From an uncultured delta proteobacterium (GTDB taxonomy: Bacteria; Myxococcota; Myxococcia; Myxococcales; Myxococcaceae), in contig CAWCKH010000004.1 in the NCBI GenBank assembly GCA_963796055.1, positions 1,952,001 through 2,016,000 of the forward strand: a stretch of DNA of 64,000 bases, given 5' to 3'. Below, piece by piece: positions 40,058 through 49,295 of the stretch; position 1 is the first letter of the stretch; each line of letters starts with the position of its first letter. Position numbers and translations under genes: made by a program. Under the pieces are notes generated by a model that did no database searches, was not told the origin of the DNA, and was given only the letters and a program-made list of their open reading frames with translations.

Positions 40058-41395
40058 ATGCCTCCGTCGCCGACAGACACCGCCCAGGAGCTCTCGCTGG
40101 AAGAGCTCTGGATGCCGTTCACCGCGAACCGGGCCTTCAAGCGGGCGCCGCGGCTGCTCGCCACCGCCTCCGGGATGCACTACCGCGACCTGGACGGCCG
40201 GGTGGTCCTCGACGGCACCTCGGGGCTGTGGTGCGTGAACGCGGGGCACTGCCGGCCGGCGATCGTCGAGGCCATCCAGCGCTCGGCGGCGACGCTGGAC
40301 TTCGCGCCCGGCTTCCAGATGGGGCATCCAGCGAGCTTCGCCCTGGCCCGGGAGGTGGCGGCGCTCGCCCCCGGCGACCTGGACCATGTCTTCTTCGCCA
40401 ACTCGGGCTCGGAGGCGGTGGACTCGGCGCTGAAGATCGCCCTCGCCTACCACCAGGCACGCGGCGAGCCGGAGCGGGTGCGCTTCGTGGGCCGGATGCG
40501 CGGCTACCACGGTGTGGGCTTCGGGGGGATCAGCGTGGGCGGCATCGAGCCGAACCGGAAGGCGTTTGCGGCGCAGCTGCTGCCGCAGGTCGACCATCTG
40601 CCGCACACCCACGACCTGGCGCACAACGCGTTCAGCCGCGGGCAGCCGGCGTGGGGCGCCCACCTGGCGGATGCCCTGGAGAGGATCGTCGCCGAACGCG
40701 GCGCGCGCACCATCGCCGCGGTCATCGTCGAGCCGATGGCCGGCTCGACCGGGGTGCTGGTGCCGCCGAAGGGCTACCTCGAGAAGCTCCGGGCGAGCTG
40801 CGACCGGCACGGCATCCTCCTCATCTTCGACGAGGTCATCACCGGCTTCGGCCGGCTGGGGACGCCGTTCGGCGCCGACTACTTCGGCATCCAGCCGGAC
40901 ATGCTGACCGTGGCCAAGGGCATCACCAACGGCGCGGTCCCCATGGGCGCGGTGGTGGTGCGCCGGGGCATCTACCAGACGGTGGTGGACGCGACCGAGT
41001 CGGGCATCGAGTTCTTCCACGGGTACACCTACTCCGGGCACCCGCTGGCGTGCGCCGCGGGGCTGGCCACCCTGGGGCTGTACCGCCGCGAGGGGCTGTT
41101 CCAGCGCGCGGCCGAGCTCGCGCCGTTCTGGCAGGAGGCGGTCCACGCCCTGAAGGGGCTGCCCCACGTCATCGATGTCCGGAACCTGGGCCTGGTCGCG
41201 GGCATCGAGCTGGAGCCGCGGCCGGGGAAGCCGGGTGCCCGGGGCTACGAGGCGCTGGTCGAGGCGTTCCGCGCCGGGCTGCTGATCCGCGTGACCGGAG
41301 ACATCGTCGCCCTCTCGCCGCCGCTGATCGTCGAGCATTCCGAGATCGAGCAGCTGGTGGATCTGCTGGGCGGCGTGCTCAAGCGGCTCGCCTGA
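40058..41395 (+). CDS. Class-III PLP aminotransferase (omega-amino acid/beta-alanine:pyruvate transaminase)
   Basis: WMPFTANR.FK, SGLWCVNAGH, NSGSEAVD.ALK, YHG, FDEVITGFGR, AKG.TNG, HGYTYSGHP. Confidence 0.93.
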   Translation: MPPSPTDTAQELSLEELWMPFTANRAFKRAPRLLATASGMHYRDLDGRVVLDGTSGLWCVNAGHCRPAIVEAIQRSAATLDFAPGFQMGHPASFALAREVAALAPGDLDHVFFANSGSEAVDSALKIALAYHQARGEPERVRFVGRMRGYHGVGFGGISVGGIEPNRKAFAAQLLPQVDHLPHTHDLAHNAFSRGQPAWGAHLADALERIVAERGARTIAAVIVEPMAGSTGVLVPPKGYLEKLRASCDRHGILLIFDEVITGFGRLGTPFGADYFGIQPDMLTVAKGITNGAVPMGAVVVRRGIYQTVVDATESGIEFFHGYTYSGHPLACAAGLATLGLYRREGLFQRAAELAPFWQEAVHALKGLPHVIDVRNLGLVAGIELEPRPGKPGARGYEALVEAFRAGLLIRVTGDIVALSPPLIVEHSEIEQLVDLLGGVLKRLA

Positions 41396-41405
41396 GCCTG
41401 AGGGG

Positions 41406-41888
41406 CTAGAGCGTCCGGAACATCACCAGGGTGTCCACGAAGCCGAGCGTCGGGTGCTGGAACGCGCCCGGGACCCGGCAGAGGGTCTGGAACCCCATCG
41501 ACGTCCAGAGGTGTACGGCCTGGGCGTTGGTGCTGACCACGATGTTGAACTGCATCGCCCGGTAGCCCCGGGCGCGGGCGTGCTCCAGCGAGTGGGCGCA
41601 CATCGCCCGCGCGATGCCCCGGCCGCTGGCCGCGGGCGCGGTGGCGTAGCCGCAGTTGGCGACGTGGCTCCCGGGCCCGAGCTGGTTGGGGTGGATGAAG
41701 TAGCTGCCGGGTACCCGAGCGCCTTCCTCGGCGACGAAGACCTCGTTGCTCGGCGCCCGCCACCAGGCGAGTGCGGCGTCACGCGAGATGTCGCGCGGAA
41801 GCGCAAAGGTCTCGCCGGCGCGGGCGATGGGCTCGAGGATGGACCAGATGGCGTCGGCGTCGGTCGCGATGGCAGGACGGATGAGCAT
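41406..41888 (-). CDS. GNAT family N-acetyltransferase
   Basis: HVANCGY, GRGIARAM, AMQFN.VVSTN..AV.LW...GF. Confidence 0.9.
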   Translation of the reverse strand: MLIRPAIATDADAIWSILEPIARAGETFALPRDISRDAALAWWRAPSNEVFVAEEGARVPGSYFIHPNQLGPGSHVANCGYATAPAASGRGIARAMCAHSLEHARARGYRAMQFNIVVSTNAQAVHLWTSMGFQTLCRVPGAFQHPTLGFVDTLVMFRTL

Positions 41889-41962
41889 TCGAGACATCGG
41901 ACGAAGGGTTCGCTGGACAATTCGCCGGCCCGTCCGCATACCAGGTACGGAGGCTGCTTTCG

Positions 41963-43411
41963 ATGCGGCGCTGGACCCTGGTCGTCATGGCTGTCGCGTT
42001 TGCCGCTTGCAAGCGCGGCGAGTCGCCGGCTCCACAGCCCCAGGCCACGCTTCCGCTCCTGGCCGACGGCGGGGTGGATCTTGGGCGTGGCGCGGTCAGC
42101 GTCCCCGAGGTGGAGCTGCCCTCGCTCGCGCCGCTCGTCGAGCAGGTCAGCGCCAGCGTGGTGAGCCTCTCGGTCCTCGCCTCGCCGTCGATGCCCCCCG
42201 GGCACGAGCGCTTCCTCCGCGGCCGGTCCTTCCCGCCGCAACAGCGGGGCGGCTCGGGATTCGTCGTCGACCCGTCGGGTCTGGTGGTGACCAACAACCA
42301 CGTGGTGGAAGGAGCGAGCGCGATCTCGGTTCAGCTCGCGGACGGGCGCCGGTTCGATGCCGACCTGGTCGGCCGCGACGCGCCCACCGACCTCGCGCTG
42401 GTCCGCCTCCGCTCGCCGCCGGACGACCTGCCGGCTGCCCGGCTCGGTGACTCCGACCGGCTCCGGGTGGGGGACTGGCTCCTGGCCATCGGCAACCCCT
42501 TCGGGCTGACCACCAGCATATCGCTGGGCATCCTCGGCGCCACCGCCCGCGACCTCGGGGCCGGACCGTACGACGAGTTCCTCCAGACCGACGCGGCGAT
42601 CAATCCGGGCAACTCCGGTGGCCCGCTGTTCGACATGGCCGGAGACGTCGTGGGGGTGAACACCGCCATCGTCAACAACGAGAGCGGAAGCCGGATCGGA
42701 TTCGCCATCCCGTCCTCGCTGGTCCGGGCCCTGCTCCCGCAGCTGCAGCGGACCGGTGGTGTGGTGCGGGGCGCGCTCGGCCTCTACACCCAGGACCTCA
42801 CCCCGGAGCTGGCCAGGGCGCTCGGCCTCGAGGGCCGCCACGGCGCGGTGGTGAACGGCTTCCTCCCCGGCTCCACCGCCCGCGCGGTCGGCGTCGCGGT
42901 GGACGACGTCATCGTCTCCATGGACGGCCGCCCCATCGAGTCGGGGCGCCAGCTCACGCGGCTGGTGGGTCTGCATCGGCCGGGGGAGGAGGTAAAGCTC
43001 GGCCTGGTGCACGGGCGCACCGCGGGCTCGGTCACCGTCCGGCTCGGAAAGCGGACCGACCTCGAGGGCACCGGTCCGCTCCGTCCGCCGGTGGAGGGGG
43101 AGGAACAGCCCGGCCCCGAGCAGATGGTCCCCATGCGCCTGGGCGTGGAGATCGGCGAGATCACCCCCGAGATCGAGGAGGCCATCGGCGTGCGTGGCCC
43201 CGGGGCGCTGGTGCTCTCGGTGGAGCCGGGCTCCCCGGCGGAGCGCGCGGGGTTCCAGCCCGGGCTGGTCATCGTGGAGGTTGCCGGCCATCCGGTGCAC
43301 TCGGCGAAGGAGGCCGGCGAGCTCATCGTCGCCGCGCGGCGGCGGCCTCCCATCGTGTTCCGGCTGCTCGGGCCAGGCCGGGTGTCGGCTGTGGCCACCG
43401 TCCTCCCGTAG
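41963..43411 (+). CDS. DegP/HtrA family serine protease lipoprotein with two PDZ domains
   Basis: Lipobox FAAC; GSGFVV, TNNHVV, DLAL, LQTDAAINPGNSGGPL. Confidence 0.93.
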   Translation: MRRWTLVVMAVAFAACKRGESPAPQPQATLPLLADGGVDLGRGAVSVPEVELPSLAPLVEQVSASVVSLSVLASPSMPPGHERFLRGRSFPPQQRGGSGFVVDPSGLVVTNNHVVEGASAISVQLADGRRFDADLVGRDAPTDLALVRLRSPPDDLPAARLGDSDRLRVGDWLLAIGNPFGLTTSISLGILGATARDLGAGPYDEFLQTDAAINPGNSGGPLFDMAGDVVGVNTAIVNNESGSRIGFAIPSSLVRALLPQLQRTGGVVRGALGLYTQDLTPELARALGLEGRHGAVVNGFLPGSTARAVGVAVDDVIVSMDGRPIESGRQLTRLVGLHRPGEEVKLGLVHGRTAGSVTVRLGKRTDLEGTGPLRPPVEGEEQPGPEQMVPMRLGVEIGEITPEIEEAIGVRGPGALVLSVEPGSPAERAGFQPGLVIVEVAGHPVHSAKEAGELIVAARRRPPIVFRLLGPGRVSAVATVLP

Positions 43412-43413
43412 CA

Positions 43414-43458
43414 CCAGGAGCGTGTAGGGCATCGCTGACTGCGGCCGCCCTGACCTAG
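43414..43458 (+). repeat. Modular CTAG-bounded repeat, minimal copy (0 internal modules, 45 bp)
   Basis: CCAGGAGCGTGTAGGGCATCGCTGACTGCGGCCGCCCTGACCTAG matches the head and tail of the copies at 15025 and 60864. Confidence 0.8.
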
Positions 43459-44616
43459 TGCCCCGGACCAGAAGTCCGCGAGCGTCAGAGCGGTGTGATC
43501 CGCTCAGGCATGGGCAAACGAGCGGCAAGCATCGAGATCACCGATGAAGAGCGGCAGGTGCTCGACGGGTATGCGCGACGACGGACGACGGCGCAGGCGC
43601 TCGCGCTGAGGGCCCGGATCGTCCTGCGTTGCGCAGAGGGCGGCGAGAACACGGCCATCGCCGCCGAGATGAAGCTCAACCGTGGGACCGTTGCGCGCTG
43701 GCGGAAACGGTTCCATGAACTGCGGCTCGAGGGGCTCCATGATGAGCCGCGGCCCGGAGCTCCACGGTCGATCTCCGACGAGACGGTCGAGCGGGTCATC
43801 GTCGAGACGCTGGAGTCGACGCCCAAGGGGGCGACGCACTGGAGTACTCGCGACATGGCGAAGCATTCCGGGCTGAGCCATTCGACAATCGGCCGAATCT
43901 GGCGAGCCTTCGGACTCCAGCCGCACCGCTCGGAAACCTTCCAGCTGTCCAACGACCCTCTCTTCGTCGAGAAGGTCCGAGACATCGTCGGCCTGTACCT
44001 CAACCCCCGGAAAGCGCCGTCGTCCTCTGCGTGGACGAGAAATCGCAGGTCCAGGCGCTCAACCGGATGCAACCGGCGCTGCCGATGATGAGCGGCCGGC
44101 CCGAACTCCAAACCCATACGTACGTTCGCAACGGCACGACGGCACTCTTTGCTGCCTTGGACGTCGCGACCGGCAGGGTCATCGGACAGTGCCGACGACG
44201 CCACCGCGCAACAGAGTTCCTCAAGTTCCTGCACCAGATCGATGCGTCGGTGCCCGCCGATCTCGACGTCCACGTCGTCCTCGACAACCTGTCGACGCAC
44301 AAGACTCCAGCGGTGCACCGCTGGTTCCTCCGTCACCCTCGCTTCCACGTCCATTTCACACCGACCTACAGCTCGTGGCTGAATCAGGTCGAGCGCTGGT
44401 TCGCGCTCCTGGAGCAGAAAGCGCTCAAGCGCGGCGTGCACCGGAGCACGGTCGAACTGGAAAAGGCGATCTATGAGTTCATCGCCGCAAGCAACGACGA
44501 ACCCCGTCCCTACCTCTGGACGAAGTCCGCCGGCGACATCCTGGCGAGCATCAACCGGTTCTGCAGTCGAACACTGACCTCGCAGGGCGTGCTGCCGAAC
44601 TTCTGATCCGGGGCAC
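43458..44616 (+). mobile_element. IS630-family insertion sequence (1159 bp)
   Basis: TIRs GTGCCCCGGACCAGAAGTCCG / CGAACTTCTGATCCGGGGCAC (2 mismatches); TA duplicated at 43456-57 and 44617-18. Confidence 0.95.
43510..44606 (+). CDS. IS630 transposase, split by a -1 frameshift near 44005
   Basis: HTH (RARIVL, VARWRKRF, THWSTR) then DDE (VDEKSQ, VLDNLSTHK, TPTYSSWLNQVERWF). One extra C in AACCCCCGG restores LNPPESAVVLCVDEK. Confidence 0.92.
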
Positions 44617-45143
44617 TAGCGGGCGGCCGGCAGCGGGCGGAGGACGTTGCCGAAGCCGTCCGAGCCCTCGCCGGCGACACCCGTCGCGTACTCGATTACT
44701 CCGAAGATGCCCCTCGGTCCGGGAGGCCGGCAGCTGAAGCGCAGGCTGATCGCGTCCGGGTCCCCCGGGCGCACCCGCCGCAGATGCCGCTCGAGCATCA
44801 CCTCCTCGCCCTGGCGCACCAGCGCCGGGAGCAGCGGCGCCCTCTGCACGTCCGGCACCAGCACCTCGTCGCTGCCCAGGTCGGCGTGGGCGTCGAGCGC
44901 GACGCGGCCTTCGCGCCCGGCGCGCACCGTGGCGCGCACCACCACCCCACCGTCGGTGTCGCGCTCCAGGGTCCAGCGCTCCAGCTGCAGGCACGCGCCG
45001 AGCTGCGCCAGATGCTCGCGCTGCTGCTCCTCGCGCTCGCGGAGCTGGCGTTGCAGCTGCAGCCGGGGGCCGAGCACCGTCCCGGTGAACAACCCGAGCA
45101 GCAGCGCCACCAGCGGCAGGCCGAAGATCCACGGGCGTGGCAT
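44616..45143 (-). CDS. Hypothetical membrane-anchored protein
   Basis: N-terminal TM, coiled coil, GC3-biased frame; its stop codon coincides with the IS target TA. Confidence 0.55.
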   Translation of the reverse strand: MPRPWIFGLPLVALLLGLFTGTVLGPRLQLQRQLREREEQQREHLAQLGACLQLERWTLERDTDGGVVVRATVRAGREGRVALDAHADLGSDEVLVPDVQRAPLLPALVRQGEEVMLERHLRRVRPGDPDAISLRFSCRPPGPRGIFGVIEYATGVAGEGSDGFGNVLRPLPAAR

Positions 45144-45197
45144 GACGCAACGCACCCTACCGCCCGGGACGGTGCTCGGCTAAGGGACGAGGAGCCC

Positions 45198-47432
45198 ATG
45201 GTCCTCGCCTCCACGCTCCTCATGCTTGCCGCCACGCCCGCTGCACCGCCGCCAGACCCGATCCTTCGGCAGCTTGCCGAGACCCGGAAGTTCCGCAACG
45301 GCTCGCCGAACTCCTTCCGGATGGACCGGAGCGGCGCGCACGTCTTCTTCCTTCGCTCGCCGGCGGACTCGGCGGTGCAGTCGCTCCACGTCTTCGACGT
45401 CGACGCCGGGCAAGCGCGAGAGCTGCTCTCCGCCGAGGCGCTCCTCCGGGGGGCGGCGCAGCAGCTCAGCGCAGCGGAGAAGGCGGAGCTCGAGCGGCAG
45501 CGAATCGCCGCGCGGGGCCTGGTCAAGTACGTACTGTCGGACGACGGGAAGACCCTCGTCACTCCTCTCTCCGGTCGGCTGTACCGGGTGGACGTGGCGG
45601 GGCTGCTGGCGGGCCGGACGATGGAGCAGTCGGTGAAGGCGCTGCCTCCCACCGGAGTCCTGGACCCCCAGCTGTCGCCCGACGGCAAGCTGCTCAGCTA
45701 CGTGAAGGGCTGGGACCTGCACGTGCTCGAGCTGGCGACCGGCAAGGAGCGCCGCCTCACCACCGGTGGCTCGGAACGGGTCACACACGGGCTGGCAGAG
45801 TTCGTGGCCCAGGAGGAGATGGGTCGGTTCGAGGGGGCCTGGTGGAGCCCGGACGGCAAGCAGATCGCCTTCGAGGAGGCGGACACCCGCGGGGTGGAGA
45901 CCTTCACCCTCGGCGATCCGGCGCACCCGGAATCGGCGTTCGAGCACGTGCCCTATCCGCGCCCTGGCAAGGCCAACGCGAAGGTCCGGGTGGGCATCGT
46001 CCCCGTCGGCGTCGCAAATCCAAAGGTGACCTGGGTGCGGTGGGACGCCGAGAAGTACCCCTACCTCACCCAGGTCCGGTGGCCCCGCCGTGGCGCGCTC
46101 ACCGTCTACGTGATGGACCGGCCGCAGCAGCAGGCCTTGCTGCTGGCGGTCGATCCGAAGACCGGCGCCACCAGGGCGCTGCTCGAGGAGCAGGACGCGG
46201 CGTGGATCAACCTGCAGCACGTCGGCGCGGACCATTCCGGGGAACCGTTCCCGCTCTGGCTCCCGGACGGCTCGGCGTTCTTCTGGGTCACCGAGCGGAA
46301 CGGCGCACCGGAGGCGGAGATCCGCGCCGCGGACGGACGGCGGCTCGGGAGCTGGGTGCGGCCGGACCAGCAGCTGGTGCGCGTGCTGGGCTACGACGTC
46401 GCGGAGCGGGCGCTCTACTACCAGGCCAGTCCCGAGTCCCCGGACCTGGTGGTGATGCGGGTGCGGGATGGCGGCAACCCGGAGCGGGTGGTGGGGCAGC
46501 CCGAGGAGCGGGTGATGGTGACCGGGATGCTCGCCGAGGACGGGCCCACCCGGCTGGTCTCCATCGAGACGCCCACCTCGTTCCCGGACTGGTCGGTGTT
46601 CGACCGGGGGGGCCGATTCATCGGCCGCATCCCGGCGGCACGGGCCACGCCGCTGCGGCCGCCGGCGCCCGAGTACCGGAAGCTCGGGCCGCAGGGCTTC
46701 TGGTCCTTCGTGCTGCGGCCCCGGGACGCGCGGCCGGGACAGAAGCTCCCCACCATCGTCTCCGTCTACGGTGGTCCTCACCTCAACCAGGTCCAGTCCA
46801 GCGCCCGGTCACTCATCGACGAGCAGTGGCTGGCCGACCAGGGCTTTCTGGTGGTGGGCTTCGACAACCGGGGCACGCCGCACCGAGGCCGCGAGTGGGA
46901 GCGCGCCATCCGCGGGAGCTTCGCCGGGGTGGTCCTCGAGGATCAGGTGGCAGCGCTCCAGCTGCTGGGGCAGCAGGTTCCCGAGGTGGACCTCGCCCGG
47001 GTGGGCATCACCGGATGGTCCTTCGGGGGGTACGCCGCGGCGCTGGGGGTGCTGAAGCGCCCGGACGTCTTCAAGGCGGCCGTCGCCGGAGCCCCGGTGA
47101 CCGACTGGCGCAACTACGACACCTTCTACACCGAGCGGTACCTCGGCCTGCCGGACGCCCCGGGGGACGTCTACGAGAAGAACTCGCTCCTGCCGCTGGC
47201 CCCGGGCCTGGAGCGTCCGCTGCTGCTGGTGCACGGGACGACGGACGACAACGTCTACTTCCTCCACTCGCTCCAGCTCTCGGACCGGCTGTTCCACGCC
47301 GCGCGGGTGCACCAGTTCCTGCCGCTCAGCGGCTACACCCACATGGTGGCGGACCCGGCGATGCTGCAGTCGTTGGCACGGCGGACCGCCGACTTCTTCC
47401 GGACGGCGCTGGGCGGTGGCGAGCCCCGCTGA
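45198..47432 (+). CDS. Dipeptidyl peptidase IV (S9B family)
   Basis: AQEEM, WWSPDG, YPRPG, VYGGP, GWSFGG, YTERYLG, HGTTDDNV, H. Confidence 0.94.
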   Translation: MVLASTLLMLAATPAAPPPDPILRQLAETRKFRNGSPNSFRMDRSGAHVFFLRSPADSAVQSLHVFDVDAGQARELLSAEALLRGAAQQLSAAEKAELERQRIAARGLVKYVLSDDGKTLVTPLSGRLYRVDVAGLLAGRTMEQSVKALPPTGVLDPQLSPDGKLLSYVKGWDLHVLELATGKERRLTTGGSERVTHGLAEFVAQEEMGRFEGAWWSPDGKQIAFEEADTRGVETFTLGDPAHPESAFEHVPYPRPGKANAKVRVGIVPVGVANPKVTWVRWDAEKYPYLTQVRWPRRGALTVYVMDRPQQQALLLAVDPKTGATRALLEEQDAAWINLQHVGADHSGEPFPLWLPDGSAFFWVTERNGAPEAEIRAADGRRLGSWVRPDQQLVRVLGYDVAERALYYQASPESPDLVVMRVRDGGNPERVVGQPEERVMVTGMLAEDGPTRLVSIETPTSFPDWSVFDRGGRFIGRIPAARATPLRPPAPEYRKLGPQGFWSFVLRPRDARPGQKLPTIVSVYGGPHLNQVQSSARSLIDEQWLADQGFLVVGFDNRGTPHRGREWERAIRGSFAGVVLEDQVAALQLLGQQVPEVDLARVGITGWSFGGYAAALGVLKRPDVFKAAVAGAPVTDWRNYDTFYTERYLGLPDAPGDVYEKNSLLPLAPGLERPLLLVHGTTDDNVYFLHSLQLSDRLFHAARVHQFLPLSGYTHMVADPAMLQSLARRTADFFRTALGGGEPR

Positions 47433-47500
47433 CACGAAGGCCCGGGACACCGCATGGAACCGGCGCCCGGGCCTGTCGTGAACGACGCGAGGGGGGAGAC

Positions 47501-47704
47501 TTACAGCGGCTTGACGTTCTGCGCCTGCAGACCCTTCGGGCCGCGGGTCACGTCGAACTGGACCTTTTGACCCTCGGCGAGGGTGCGGAACCCCTCGCTC
47601 TGGATCGCGGTGTGGTGACAGAAGACGTCCTCACCTCCGCCGTCCTGGGTGATGAAGCCGAAGCCCTTCGCATCGTTGAACCACTTCACGGTACCGGTTG
47701 CCAT
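47501..47704 (-). CDS. Cold-shock protein (CspA family)
   Basis: [18 protein letters not shown]...DVFCH..I...GFRTL.EGQ.V. Confidence 0.96.
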   Translation of the reverse strand: MATGTVKWFNDAKGFGFITQDGGGEDVFCHHTAIQSEGFRTLAEGQKVQFDVTRGPKGLQAQNVKPL

Positions 47705-47862
47705 GCGTCTCGCTTTGCTGTGCTCACGTCGGCAGGAAGCGCCGCGCGGTCTCCTGTCCCTGGGGCGGAGGACAGCCAAAAATTTTGCGCAGGCTCAAAC
47801 CGGCTCGCAAGCACGGACATCACGCGGACAGCCCCCACCCGATGACGCGCCGCAGCGTCGCC

Positions 47863-47938
47863 GAGGTGTCCGGGGAGGTGTCAAACACCTCTGTCGGCCG
47901 GCTCCATCCAAGCCCAACGAAGGTGTCAAACACCTCTG
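47863..47938 (+). repeat. Two REP-like palindromes (GG)AGGTGTCAAACACCTCTG plus a half-site
   Basis: Copies at 47874-47893 and 47921-47938; half-site GAGGTGTC at 47863. Confidence 0.85.
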
Positions 47939-47995
47939 TTGATGGCACAACCGCTCGTAACTGCTAGGCAAAGACGATCTTGCTGCGGCGGAAGA

Positions 47996-49295
47996 TCAGA
48001 CCTCGAGCAGCAGCCGCTCGGGGTCCTCGATGCATTCCTTGATGCGCACCAGGAACTGCACGGCCTCCCGACCGTCGATGAGCCGGTGGTCGTAGCTGAG
48101 GGCCAGGTACATCACCGGGCGGATGACGATCTGCCCATCGCGGACCACCGGCCGCTCGACGATGTTGTGCATCCCGAGGATGCCGGTCTGCGGCGGGTTG
48201 AGGATGGGCGTGCTCAGCATCGAGCCAAAGATGCCCCCGTTGCTGATGCTGAACGTGCCGCCCTGCAGGTCGGCCAGGGTCAGCTTGTCCGAGCGTGCCT
48301 TCTGCCCCAGCTCGGCGACCTGCTTCTCGATGTCCGCCATCGACAGCGCGTCGGCGTCGCGCAGCACCGGCACCACCAGGCCGCGACTCCCGGACACCGC
48401 CACCCCGATGTCGTAGTAGTGCTTGAGGACGACCTCGTCCCCCTCGATGGAGGCGTTCACCAGGGGGAACGCCTTCAGGGCATCCACCGCCGCGCGGACG
48501 AAGAAGCTCATGAACCCGAGCTTCACTCCGTGGCGCTGCTGGAACTTCTCGGCGTACTGCTTCCGAAGCGCCATCACCGCGTGCATGTCCACCTCGTTGA
48601 AGGTGGTCAGGATGGCGGCGTTGTTCTGGGCGGCAAGGAGCCGCTCCGCGACGCGCTTGCGGAGCGGCGTCATCTTCACCCGCTCCTCGCGGGCCCCGGG
48701 GGTGCGCGGTACGGGAGCAGGTGACGGGGCCGCGGCGGGCGCAGCGGCGGTCACGGGGGCGGTCGCGGGTGCGGCTGCAGCACCTCCCCGGCCGCCCTCG
48801 AGCACCGTGAGCACATCGTCCTTCATCACCCGCCCCGAGGCGCCGCTCCCGCGAAGCGTGGCCGGATCGAGCCCGTTCGCGTCGGCGATGGCCCGAGCCA
48901 CGGGGGTCATCGGAGCCTGACGGGACCCATCCGGAGACGCCGCCGCGGGTACCACGGACGCCGGGCGCGGCGATGCAGCGGCTGGCGGGGGGCGGCGGGG
49001 TCGAGGGCGCAGGCTGAGCCGACCTTCCGGCGGGGGGCGGGGAGGCGGCAGCCGCGGCGCCGCCGGAGATGGTGCCCAGCACCTCGCCGATCTTCACCGT
49101 ATCCCCTTCGGGGTGGGCGATGCTGGCGATGGTGCCTGCCGCGGGCGCGGGCACGTCGATGGTGACCTTGTCGGTCTCGAGCACCACGAGCGGCTCGTCG
49201 ACGGCCACCGGCTCGCCGACCTTCTTGTGCCACTTTCCCACCACCGCCTCGGTGATGGATTCCCCCAGCGCAGGGACGGTGAGCTCAACGGGCAT
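47996..49295 (-). CDS. sucB: 2-oxoglutarate dehydrogenase E2 (dihydrolipoamide succinyltransferase), frameshifted in the linker near 48990
   Basis: Lipoyl domain LETDKV in one frame; E3-binding [13 protein letters not shown] and catalytic [10 protein letters not shown] in the other. Confidence 0.93.
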
